From assembly GCA_020052935.1 (NCBI GenBank), contig JAGVOD010000108.1:1-28094 (forward strand): a stretch of 28,094 bases of DNA, given 5' to 3'. The position numbers and the translations under genes are program-made. The notes under the pieces are model-generated. The model had not been told where the DNA came from. It searched no databases and was given only the letters and a program-made list of their open reading frames with translations. Numbering within the stretch: position 1 is the first letter of the stretch; each line of letters begins with the position of its first letter. This document shows, in pieces, positions 1 through 8,060 of this stretch. This DNA comes from an archaeon (GTDB lineage: Archaea; Nanobdellota; Nanobdellia; Woesearchaeales; UBA11576).

Positions 1-336
1 ACGACGATAGTGTATTACGTCGTCACAATCCTTGAGACGATAGCTGACGCATATAGAGACATATTCAAGAAAGCGCTAAAGAACGAAAAGAAGGCGCTCG
101 ACCCGAAGATAATCGAGCTCTACAAGACAGTCGACTCGCTGCTGTACAACTTCTACATCATGTTCTACGACTTCAAGCTTGACAAGCTGCTCGAGTTCGA
201 CAAGAAGTTCAAGGAGCTGCTCGCGAAAGAAGACATCATGTTCAAGACAGGAAAGTCGAGCGAGGAGGCATACATAGTGCACCAGCTGTACAGCATCGCG
301 AACAAGCTGCACCACCTGACAGAAACAGTATACTGA
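1..336 (+). CDS. C-terminal fragment of a helical hypothetical protein (5' end lies outside the window)
   Basis: The frame is already open at position 1 (acg acg ata GTG ...), so the Met at 10 in the ORF track is only an in-frame GTG. Stop TGA is at 334-336. The product is K/E/L/F/Y-rich and looks all-helical. No family motif recognised. Confidence 0.45.
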   Translation, partial: TTIVYYVVTILETIADAYRDIFKKALKNEKKALDPKIIELYKTVDSLLYNFYIMFYDFKLDKLLEFDKKFKELLAKEDIMFKTGKSSEEAYIVHQLYSIANKLHHLTETVY

Positions 337-3300
337 TCAGCGGTTGATGACCACAAGAGGGCCCTTCAATCCCGGCAGCATACCATAAAGCGAATCCAGG
401 CTTATCGGCACCCTGTCCACATCGTTATGGATATCGCTTGTACGACAGAATAAGACCCTCCTTTCTGCCTTCTCTGCAGCATTCCTCCTCTGGTAATACT
501 CAATGGCGTGCGACAGTATAGGGAGCGAGGCCTGGCAAGCACCATCGCCTACAAAAGAGAGCTCCTTGGCATTAAGCTCGAAAGGAAGCTCATCGTCATA
601 CATCACCCTGAAGAAAGGCTCAAGCTGTGCTGCAGAAGGATACGATATCCTCTCAGGACGGCCATCCTCCTGATTGAACTTGTTTATGTCATACGCGCAC
701 TTCCACTGATGCACATACAAGAGGAAAGCTGAAGGATTGCACTTTGACTTGAGCCCAGCAAGCACCTTCGCCGAGCTCTCCAATGCCCTAGCGTAATCTT
801 CTGCGCTCTTGATAGAGTAGCCCTGCTTGGACCTGAAAGTCCTGTAATGCAATCCGACGTGCAACGCATCCACAGAAGAGAGTATCTCATCAGCAGAAGA
901 CAACTCGACAGGGGATATGCCCTTCTTCCTGAATACCTCTTCCTGCGCACGCTCGTCCAACGCGGCAATGTCCAGCGCAAGCGCTTCCGGCAGGCCTACA
1001 AGGTCAAGCTCGAGGCCGAAAGAAAGCCTGGCGAAGTCTTTCCTGTGGCGCGCAAACACGTCCTCTATCATCTCCCTGTAACGCAGGAATGGCACGCCGT
1101 ATTCTATGAAACGCGTATGCTCGACTATGCAGACATGCTCAAGCCTCCCCTTTAACGTGTCAAGTTTTCCTTCAATCCTAGACCTTACCAATGCGAGGGA
1201 CTCGTCCACCGGCGTGGCGGGAGAAGGCGTGTCGTTGTAGTGCTTTGCGACACAGTGCGACAGCGAGCCATGCACATGTATGTCTGAAGAAAGACCATAC
1301 ACGCCAAGATGCCTGACAAGCGAAGCGAACGCCTGCCTGAGCTCACTTGCAGAGGCTTTTTCTTCAGCCCCAAGAACCGGCGAGCCAATCACATCATCTA
1401 AGCCCGAGACCACATTATCAAGACAGTCCAAGGCATGACGCTTCGCATCCCTCGCTGCTTCGGCATCACCCTGATCAGAGTACTTCCTCGACCAGTGGCT
1501 GAAGCTGCCGAAATGCCTCAACGCCTTCGAGAACCTGGCGACAGGGAAATCCCTGAGCCAAGAAGGCGCATCAGAATCTATGACTGCCTGGAGAGAGGCG
1601 TCTGCCACACCATAAAGACGCTGGAGGAAATCGCAGAAGAGCAAGTTCTTGCTGGAGACGACAGAACCGTCTTGGTAAAGGGTATTCTTACCGACCACGA
1701 CGTCCTCATCAAGCAGGACATCCTCTTCTTTTATGAATGCACCCATCTCAGTGAACCTGGCGAAGAACCTCGGCATGTCCAAGTCATTTATCCTGTCAAG
1801 GTCAACAAGGCGCTGGTCGCCTTCAGAGACATAGACCAGGTTCCTAGGAGTGAAGTCGAACGCAACGCCCGGCTTCTGGCTGTTCGCTATCTTCAGCAAA
1901 TGAGGAGCGTTCTTCCGCAGGCACGTCTCTAAATCAGACATCAAGCGATCATCGTCAGTGAAAACGTAGAGGCCTGCGGTGAGAGGCTCATCAGAGCCCT
2001 TTATGCCGACGCACTTGCGGAGGGTCTCGGAGAGGTCGGCGGCAGACGCCCTCGCACAATCACCGTCATAAGAACCCTCAACAAAATCTGCGTCTCCTCT
2101 CCGCTCCCAAAGGACATCATAATAGCGGGCAGCCACATCCAAAGCAGCCTTTATCACGCTTCCAGTCATCCTGCCCTCCTCATGCATCTCGAGCAACGCG
2201 GGCGCACGGACTCCAAGCCTGCCCCCCTTGTGGATCTCCTCAGTGACGACATAACCGCTATGGTCTGTATCATCCTCGAAAACAACCTTTATGTCTAACG
2301 CGCCGAGATTCCTCAGCAGATCCGAGTTATTCTTTGCCCTTCTCGCAGAGGCTATATCGGGGTACCTCTTGAAATAGAACCTGTTGACAAGGCCATCAAG
2401 ATGGTCAAGCCTCTCTCCCGGCGCAACAACCTTGATGTTCGCGCCAAGGACATCAAGCAGGAGCTGCCCTTCTGTCCTGAAGAACGCAAGACTGTAGCCC
2501 ATCAGACCCCTGCGATCGACCGTGTGCCTCAGATAATTACTGAACTCCTCAGCAGCGTCAGAATACCTCCTCATGTAAAGCAGGTTGGCAGCGTTGGTGA
2601 TAAGCCTGTCAGATAGCTTGGTGCGTAGCTCGAGCTCGACACGGTGGTAGTCTGCCTTTAGTAGTTCAATCTCATCTACTTGCGCAACAGTACCTTCATC
2701 TGCCTTCGCCAGCTTACCACGCATCTTGAGATTATTCGAGTATAGCTTCGCAATCAAAGGTGGAGACAGTGATAGAATAGAAGCCAGGACTTTAATAGGC
2801 ACAGCACCGTCCATATTCCATATAGAATAAAGGAGCGGAGGAACAACCGCCGCTGCCAAGATTGGTGAAACAAGAATCCTTCTCCAACCCGTAGCTTCTG
2901 GTACCCAAGAGTAAACGATTTCAAAATAGTCTTCCACACCCCCTTTAGAGAGCCGACTCTCAATCTCCCCGAATACTCTTCTGTCCAGAGATCTTGGGAC
3001 TCGTGTTATTACATCTCTAGGTACCTCTCTGACCATACTTGCAGTTTCAATCGGCTGGTGTGTATCTAGACCGTATACCTTGCTTGATACTGCAGCCATA
3101 GTCGCCGCACTTACATCCCTAGAATTCTCAACAAACCTAAGATAATACGGCCCCATGCGTTTCCTGTATTCAGGTCTCAGACCAATACGTATGACTGCGT
3201 GGTCCCGACCCACATCAACAGCCGAGTAATTAAACGCCTTGGTGAAACGTCCTGCATAGAAAGCCATCTTCTCATAAGTCGTCTCGACATCCCACAGCTT

Positions 3301-4074
3301 CCCAAGAGTAAATATGGCCGGACTTATATTCGACGCGCCCGCGAGTGAGAGCACATCCTCCCTTCCGCTGACTATCTTAGCCGCCTCATACATCAACTGC
3401 GACAGCTTATAACTAACCCAGTTCTCTTTTGTAGAAATAAAACTCTTATCTATTCTGTACTCCTGAGGCAGATATGCGTTAACAATTGCAAAGAACCTTC
3501 TTGAAGAATCCTCCACATCTCCTTCTCGTGATTTGACAATTTCCTCGAGTGTAGTGAATACAGCATTCACACTCTTTACGCTATTCTCCCGTATAGGAGC
3601 GCCTTCACGCTCCCCCCAAGGAACATCTTCAAATCCACCCAGACGCCAAATCAAGTCAGGTCCTGCTTCCCAGAGAGGATGCTCAATACTTAGGTTCTCT
3701 CCATTTTCAGGAACAACACAGAAAGCCGCATCAGACAGTATCTCTTTCATCAATAGGTGGGCTACAAAATAGAACTCGTGGCTACAATCAACCCCCCTTC
3801 TAAGAATATCTGAAGTGATACGCAAGGACTCATCACGGCCTTGAAAGAACACCCCTAGTTTTTTCTGGAGGGCATCCACCAAAACATCGAGCGTCCCACC
3901 CCTGTGCTCAAACAAACGAACAACTTCGGCAGTAGTTGCTGCAGACATATCCTTAACATAAGACCCATCTTTCCTCCTCCCAAAAGGTTGATGGATAAAA
4001 TCCCAATCACGCGCCAAAAGGAAAAAATCGTCCATGCCACCAAGTTTTAGCCGAGCATATATAAAATTTTCCAC
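337..4074 (-). CDS. Large orphan protein (1245 aa) of unknown function, with a central pair of hydrophobic segments followed by a coiled-coil-like stretch
   Basis: Uninterrupted 3.7-kb ORF. The start is GTG (reverse complement of cac at 4072-4074), and an in-frame ATG occurs 13 codons downstream. Hydrophobic segments RRILVSPILAAAVVPPLLYSIW and VPIKVLASILSLSPPLIAKLY are followed by the charged heptad-like stretch KADEGTVAQVDEIELLKADYHRVELELRTKL. I could not find a Walker A, HExxH or other named catalytic motif. All other ORFs in this interval are shorter shadows of this frame. Confidence 0.75.
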   Translation of the reverse strand: MENFIYARLKLGGMDDFFLLARDWDFIHQPFGRRKDGSYVKDMSAATTAEVVRLFEHRGGTLDVLVDALQKKLGVFFQGRDESLRITSDILRRGVDCSHEFYFVAHLLMKEILSDAAFCVVPENGENLSIEHPLWEAGPDLIWRLGGFEDVPWGEREGAPIRENSVKSVNAVFTTLEEIVKSREGDVEDSSRRFFAIVNAYLPQEYRIDKSFISTKENWVSYKLSQLMYEAAKIVSGREDVLSLAGASNISPAIFTLGKLWDVETTYEKMAFYAGRFTKAFNYSAVDVGRDHAVIRIGLRPEYRKRMGPYYLRFVENSRDVSAATMAAVSSKVYGLDTHQPIETASMVREVPRDVITRVPRSLDRRVFGEIESRLSKGGVEDYFEIVYSWVPEATGWRRILVSPILAAAVVPPLLYSIWNMDGAVPIKVLASILSLSPPLIAKLYSNNLKMRGKLAKADEGTVAQVDEIELLKADYHRVELELRTKLSDRLITNAANLLYMRRYSDAAEEFSNYLRHTVDRRGLMGYSLAFFRTEGQLLLDVLGANIKVVAPGERLDHLDGLVNRFYFKRYPDIASARRAKNNSDLLRNLGALDIKVVFEDDTDHSGYVVTEEIHKGGRLGVRAPALLEMHEEGRMTGSVIKAALDVAARYYDVLWERRGDADFVEGSYDGDCARASAADLSETLRKCVGIKGSDEPLTAGLYVFTDDDRLMSDLETCLRKNAPHLLKIANSQKPGVAFDFTPRNLVYVSEGDQRLVDLDRINDLDMPRFFARFTEMGAFIKEEDVLLDEDVVVGKNTLYQDGSVVSSKNLLFCDFLQRLYGVADASLQAVIDSDAPSWLRDFPVARFSKALRHFGSFSHWSRKYSDQGDAEAARDAKRHALDCLDNVVSGLDDVIGSPVLGAEEKASASELRQAFASLVRHLGVYGLSSDIHVHGSLSHCVAKHYNDTPSPATPVDESLALVRSRIEGKLDTLKGRLEHVCIVEHTRFIEYGVPFLRYREMIEDVFARHRKDFARLSFGLELDLVGLPEALALDIAALDERAQEEVFRKKGISPVELSSADEILSSVDALHVGLHYRTFRSKQGYSIKSAEDYARALESSAKVLAGLKSKCNPSAFLLYVHQWKCAYDINKFNQEDGRPERISYPSAAQLEPFFRVMYDDELPFELNAKELSFVGDGACQASLPILSHAIEYYQRRNAAEKAERRVLFCRTSDIHNDVDRVPISLDSLYGMLPGLKGPLVVINR

Positions 4075-4086
4075 TATGGAGGAGTC

Positions 4087-4099
4087 ATAAACTAATTTA
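4087..4099 (+). promoter_or_regulatory. Putative BRE/TATA-type promoter box (ATAAACTAATTTA) for the hydrolase gene
   Basis: The 13-mer ataaactaattta is followed by aaaac. Its TATA-like part lies about 27 nt upstream of ATG 4125. The identical 13-mer recurs at 4960-4972 upstream of the fabZ-like gene. Confidence 0.45.
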
Positions 4100-4124
4100 A
4101 AACGATATCTGCCTTTTTGTACTG

Positions 4125-4958
4125 ATGGTACACGAAGAAGAGCTTAAGATACCCTTACAAAACGCGGTAATAACCGGTGACTTATATACCCCTGATGAAC
4201 GCGGGAACCTGAATGGCATCGCGATAGTCAAGACAGGCCTGACTCTAAACAGGTTTGGCTTTGCCGAAAGAGTAGCTAAGATGCTGGCAGAAAGAGGGAT
4301 TCCCACCTTTGCGTATGACCGCAGGGCACATAATGACTCGACAGGCGAGTTCTCATTCAAATCCATCGAGGAGGACTTGCGGGGGATACTCGACTACTTC
4401 GAGAGAGACAGAGGAACAAGAAGATTCGGACTATTAGGCTTCAGTTTTGGAGGCATAACCGCAACAATTGCAGCAAGCAAGGACAAACGCATCAGATCCT
4501 TATGCCTGATAAACGCGTATCCAAACTTCTTCCGGATGGAACTAGAACGTACTCGGACAAAAAGACGTCTACGCTACATGACATACAGGATAATCTCCTT
4601 GCTAGACCGTATTGGCTTGCTTAAGTATATCCGAATAAGATTCAGCGATATACGCGTCCAGAGACTGGAAAAAGGAAGAGGTATGCGATGGAACTTCGGT
4701 CCAACATTCCACGAACTCATTAATGGACCCGACGCAACAGACTACATAAAAAAGCTAGACGTGCCCGTCCTTTTCGTCAGGTCAAATAGAGATAGAACCA
4801 CAAATCCGAAGAATACAGACCTTCTTTTTGAATCCTGCGGGTCAAAACAAAAAAAGTTGGTGGGGATAGATGAAGAGAGCCACTTTTTCGAGAATGATAT
4901 GACTCCCATGATTACGGCCTGCGCCAAGGATCTGGGGAAGCACTTACTACACAAATAA
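4125..4958 (+). CDS. Alpha/beta-fold serine hydrolase (possible thioesterase/esterase)
   Basis: Nucleophile elbow G-x-S-x-G is present as LLGFSFGG. Candidate acid and His residues lie late in the chain (SNRDRTT, DEESHFF), in the usual Ser-Asp-His order. The length of 277 aa is typical for the fold. Confidence 0.7.
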   Translation: MVHEEELKIPLQNAVITGDLYTPDERGNLNGIAIVKTGLTLNRFGFAERVAKMLAERGIPTFAYDRRAHNDSTGEFSFKSIEEDLRGILDYFERDRGTRRFGLLGFSFGGITATIAASKDKRIRSLCLINAYPNFFRMELERTRTKRRLRYMTYRIISLLDRIGLLKYIRIRFSDIRVQRLEKGRGMRWNFGPTFHELINGPDATDYIKKLDVPVLFVRSNRDRTTNPKNTDLLFESCGSKQKKLVGIDEESHFFENDMTPMITACAKDLGKHLLHK

Positions 4959-4959
4959 G

Positions 4960-4972
4960 TATAAACTAATTT
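4960..4972 (+). promoter_or_regulatory. Putative BRE/TATA-type promoter box (ATAAACTAATTTA), second copy
   Basis: Same 13-mer as at 4087-4099, here followed by tatg. It lies about 30 nt upstream of the GTG start at 5003. Confidence 0.4.
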
Positions 4973-5002
4973 ATATGTTTTGTAAAAAAGAGAGAGAAGA
5001 GA

Positions 5003-5512
5003 GTGAAGATAAAAGAGGTCTTGAAAATTCCCAGAAAAACACTCAGCGAGAAGTGTCTGCGAGAGATTCTTCCATACGGAAAAGGCTTTCTCTTTGTGGA
5101 CAGAATAAACAAGCTGTGCAAGAGAAGCGTAGAGAGCCAGAAGCATTTCCGCAAAGAAGAGCCCTACTTCCGTGAACACTTCAAGGACATACCCCTAACA
5201 CCCGGAGTATTCATAATCGAATCTGCCGCACAAACCTGCTCTGTCCTTGTCAGAAACAACATCAAAAACCAAGAGAATTATCATATACTTCTTTTCAAGA
5301 TAAAAGAAGCAACCTTCAAAAGACCGGTCTTTCCGGACACAGATATCAAGACGGCTGCCAAGATTAAAACGGTAAAAAACGGCGTTTTCACACTATCATC
5401 CGTAGTCAAATCAAAAAACGAAGAAGTGGCACGAATGACTTTCATAGTCGTTGCTGTCAAAAAAGAGGATTTCAAAAAAAGATGGGGACTCAAGACTTCT
5501 CAGCAGGAATAG
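5003..5512 (+). CDS. fabZ: FabZ/FabA-like hotdog-fold 3-hydroxyacyl thioester dehydratase
   Basis: ILPYGKGFLFVDRI matches the FabZ N-terminal ILPHRYPFLLVDR pattern. FREHFKDIPLTPGVFIIESAAQ matches the H-F-x-x-x-P-x-x-PGV-x-x-IE-x-x-AQ catalytic His/Glu block. The start is GTG. Confidence 0.8.
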   Translation: MKIKEVLKIPRKTLSEKCLREILPYGKGFLFVDRINKLCKRSVESQKHFRKEEPYFREHFKDIPLTPGVFIIESAAQTCSVLVRNNIKNQENYHILLFKIKEATFKRPVFPDTDIKTAAKIKTVKNGVFTLSSVVKSKNEEVARMTFIVVAVKKEDFKKRWGLKTSQQE

Positions 5513-6492
5513 CATCGACAGGCATGTACGTACCGCCAAAGATAGTCACTAATAAAGACATGGAGAGTATGGTCGAAACCAGCGATGCTTGGATAACTGA
5601 AAAGACAGGAATAAAAGCCCGGAGATTTGTCGAAGGTGACAAAGCCCTATCAGACATATGCATCCCTGCAGCCAGACAAGCGATAAGGATGGCAGGGATA
5701 CTAGGCAAGGATGTAGATACTATCATAGTCGGGGCGATGAGCCACGACTATCAGGGGATTCCCACTGCAAACATCCTAAAGAAAGCTCTGGGCGCCAAAG
5801 ATGCGTACACCCTGGACATCAACGTAATATGCTCAGGGTTTGTCCAGAGCCTTGACTTAGCCTGTAAACTAGTGAGAGAAGGCTCTCACAAGAATGTACT
5901 GGTCTTGAACGGCGAAGTGTTCTCCCGATACAAACACAGCAGGTTGACATCAGTCATATTCGGAGACGGCGCAGGGGCATTTATTGTCAGGAGGATGAAG
6001 AAAGGAAAAGGCCTACTATCAACATACCTAAAATCCGACGTGACGAACGCTACCAAGCTAGCGATGCTGGGCGGAGGATCAAGGTACCCCGCAACCACCC
6101 AGAACATAAACAAAGGGCTCTTCACCATACAAATGGATGGAAAGGCAATCTTCGATTTCGCGACAAAGGCATTTCCAGAAGCGATAATAGGCGCTGCGAA
6201 GAAGGCTGGAGTCGACGTTTCAGATATAGACATGGTCATATCGCACCAGGCAAACATAAGAATAATAAAAGAAGGCATGAAGCAAATAGGGCTCCCTATG
6301 TCAAAGACATATACCAACATACACAAATATGGTAACATCGGCGGCGGTTCAATTACTGTTGCACTACACGAAGCTTTAAAAAAAGGACTGATAAGACGCA
6401 ATGATCTTGTTGCCACAGTTGCTTTTGGTGCAGGCCTGTCATGGGGAGCAAATATCATGAGATGGTGCGACAAGAGGGATGTGATAAAATGA
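5482..6492 (+). CDS. fabH: KAS III-type (FabH-like) beta-ketoacyl synthase; substrate carrier (ACP or CoA) undetermined
   Basis: The N-terminus IASTGMYVPPKIVTNKDMESMVETSDAWITEKTGIKARR is FabH-like. The Cys-His-Asn triad sits in canonical contexts: DINVICSGF, VISHQANIRI and KYGNIGGGSI. The gene overlaps the fabZ-like gene by 31 nt. Confidence 0.85.
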   Translation: MGTQDFSAGIASTGMYVPPKIVTNKDMESMVETSDAWITEKTGIKARRFVEGDKALSDICIPAARQAIRMAGILGKDVDTIIVGAMSHDYQGIPTANILKKALGAKDAYTLDINVICSGFVQSLDLACKLVREGSHKNVLVLNGEVFSRYKHSRLTSVIFGDGAGAFIVRRMKKGKGLLSTYLKSDVTNATKLAMLGGGSRYPATTQNINKGLFTIQMDGKAIFDFATKAFPEAIIGAAKKAGVDVSDIDMVISHQANIRIIKEGMKQIGLPMSKTYTNIHKYGNIGGGSITVALHEALKKGLIRRNDLVATVAFGAGLSWGANIMRWCDKRDVIK

Positions 6493-7229
6493 AGCTTGTC
6501 ACGTCCGAAAACAGAAAAGACCATTTTCACATCACTCTCAACAGACCTGAAAAGCTCAATTCGCTCAACAAAGAAGTCATAGCAGACCTGCGGGACGCAT
6601 TGAAATCAGTGCCTGATGAGACAATGGTGGTCGTCCTATCCGCTGCGGGCAAATCTTTTTGCACAGGCGCGGACGTAAACAACTTCAAGATATACCCTCC
6701 GAGGGAACTGAGGTCGATCCTCAAGATGGTCTCTGGAGTATTCAACGAAATAGAGAAATCAGAAAAAATATTCATCGCAGCGATACGAGGATACTGCCTC
6801 GGAGGAGGGCTTGAACTGGCGCTCGCCTGTGACTTCATACTTGCGGGCAGAGACGCTAGATTCGGCTTTCCCGAGATAAAACTCGGGCTGATACCTGGTG
6901 TCGACGGGATAAAAAGGCTCACAAAACAGATAGGAAGAAGAAACTCGCTGCCTTTGCTTCTCACCGGAGACACAATTTCTGCAAGACAGGCAAAAGAGCT
7001 AGGACTAGTGAATGCTGTTGTAAGCAACTACAGACTGATGAGAGAAGCGGAGGCGCTTGCACAGAAAATCTCCTCGATGAATCCCGTCGCGATAAGGTCC
7101 ATAAAAAAACTCAGTTACGATGCCTCAGTCAAAGACATAAGCGAGGAAGAATTCAAAGCCGCCGAGAAGTGTCACTCTACTGAGTATGCCCAATCCAAGA
7201 TAAATGCATTCCTCAACAGGAAGCGCTGA
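6489..7229 (+). CDS. Crotonase-family enoyl-CoA hydratase/isomerase
   Basis: ITLNRPEKLNSLN, GGGLELALACDF and FPEIKLGLIPG are present, so both catalytic Glu positions are conserved. I place the start at ATG 6489, which forms an ATGA overlap with the fabH-like stop. The ORF-track Met at 6441 lies inside the fabH-like gene. Confidence 0.85.
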   Translation: MKLVTSENRKDHFHITLNRPEKLNSLNKEVIADLRDALKSVPDETMVVVLSAAGKSFCTGADVNNFKIYPPRELRSILKMVSGVFNEIEKSEKIFIAAIRGYCLGGGLELALACDFILAGRDARFGFPEIKLGLIPGVDGIKRLTKQIGRRNSLPLLLTGDTISARQAKELGLVNAVVSNYRLMREAEALAQKISSMNPVAIRSIKKLSYDASVKDISEEEFKAAEKCHSTEYAQSKINAFLNRKR

Positions 7230-7319
7230 TTATACTGATGACAAACACAGCAAGTTGAAGTAGGCATAATTTACAATTTAAATGATGATTATCTCCTGAT
7301 GGGAGAAAAGAGGTGAATC

Positions 7320-8060
7320 ATGAGGCTCCAGGGCAAGACTGCCATAATCACAGGATCTTCACGCGGGATAGGCCGGGCCATCGCCATCGAGTTCGCACGC
7401 GAAGGCTGCAACATACTCATAAACTACTCGAGCAACTACGAAGCTGCGAGACAGACAGAAGAGGAGCTCAAGAAATTTGGAGTAAGGACATACCTCTGCA
7501 AGGCAGACGTGTCAAAGTACGACGAAGCGAAAAGCATGGTCGAGCAGGCGATAGTATTCTTCGGCAAAGTAGACATACTGGTGAACAACGCGGGCATAAC
7601 GAACCCGGCACTTCTCGCCAAGATGAGCGTGGAGCAATGGCACAGCGTGCTGGATGTCGACCTCAACGGGACGTTCAACTGCACGCACGCATCGCTGAAC
7701 CACATGATATCCAACAACCAGGGGAGGATAATCAACATCTCATCCCTGTACGGCCAGACAGGCGCGTTCGGCCAGTGCAACTACGCAGCAGCAAAGTGGG
7801 GAGTGATAGGCTTCACGAAATCCCTCGCCCTGGAAGCGGCGAGAAACAACATCCTCGTCAATGCCATAGCACCGGGCGCAGTCGAGACAGACCTCATAAA
7901 ATCAGTCAGGGAAGATTTCCTCCAGAGATACATCGAGGCCAATCCCCTCAAGAGGCTGGCAAAACCAGAAGAGGTAGCCAAGGCAGCATTGTTCCTGGCG
8001 ACTGACGCGACGTACACCACAGGAGAGGTCATCTCAGTCAACGGAGGGCAACATGTTTAA
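7320..8060 (+). CDS. fabG: FabG-like short-chain dehydrogenase/reductase (3-oxoacyl thioester reductase)
   Basis: Motifs present: TGSSRGIGRAIA (cofactor-binding Gly motif), NNAGI, the catalytic Tyr and Lys in YAAAKWG, and IAPGAVETD. A Shine-Dalgarno-like GAGGTGA at 7310-7316 precedes the ATG. Confidence 0.85.
   Translation: MRLQGKTAIITGSSRGIGRAIAIEFAREGCNILINYSSNYEAARQTEEELKKFGVRTYLCKADVSKYDEAKSMVEQAIVFFGKVDILVNNAGITNPALLAKMSVEQWHSVLDVDLNGTFNCTHASLNHMISNNQGRIINISSLYGQTGAFGQCNYAAAKWGVIGFTKSLALEAARNNILVNAIAPGAVETDLIKSVREDFLQRYIEANPLKRLAKPEEVAKAALFLATDATYTTGEVISVNGGQHV

Noticed and set aside
10-336. VDSL tetrapeptide in the 10-336 ORF considered as a possible ACP phosphopantetheine site.
   Set aside because: The surrounding sequence (LYKTVDSLLYNFYIMFYDF) has none of the acidic four-helix ACP pattern (G.DSLD..E), so it is not an ACP.
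334-339. Abutting convergent stop codons forming the palindrome TGATCA (334-339). A similar 2-nt gap separates the accC and birA stops (11881-11888).
   Set aside because: This is consistent with the extreme compaction seen throughout the window and is not evidence of a specific element by itself. It is mentioned only as a possible boundary of the compositionally distinct left block.
7235-7299. C/D-box sRNA-like arrangement in the crotonase-fabG spacer: cTGATGA (7235-7241), 13 nt, TTGA, then aATGATGA (7281-7288), 7 nt, CTGA (7296-7299).
   Set aside because: The spacings do not fit archaeal C/D sRNAs, which have guides of about 12 nt and a short D'-C' loop. Here the C'-D spacing is 7 nt and the D'-C' gap exceeds 20 nt. 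The D' box is degenerate and there is no terminal stem. The region is better explained as the stop codon context plus the TATA-like box and Shine-Dalgarno sequence for fabG.
7313-8005. Long alternative-frame or antisense ORFs overlapping confident genes. Examples: 7313..8005 +, 12871..13722 +, 13039..13872 -, 5886..6530 -, 6527..7027 -, 15573..16295 -, 17397..17969 -, 25980..26708 -, 26028..26600 +, 26927..27487 -, and 1435..1932 +.
   Set aside because: Each lies entirely within a gene that has strong motif support in another frame. Their translations are low-complexity (R/H/S/C-rich) with no motifs. The purine-rich, T3-poor coding style of this genome naturally leaves shadow frames open.
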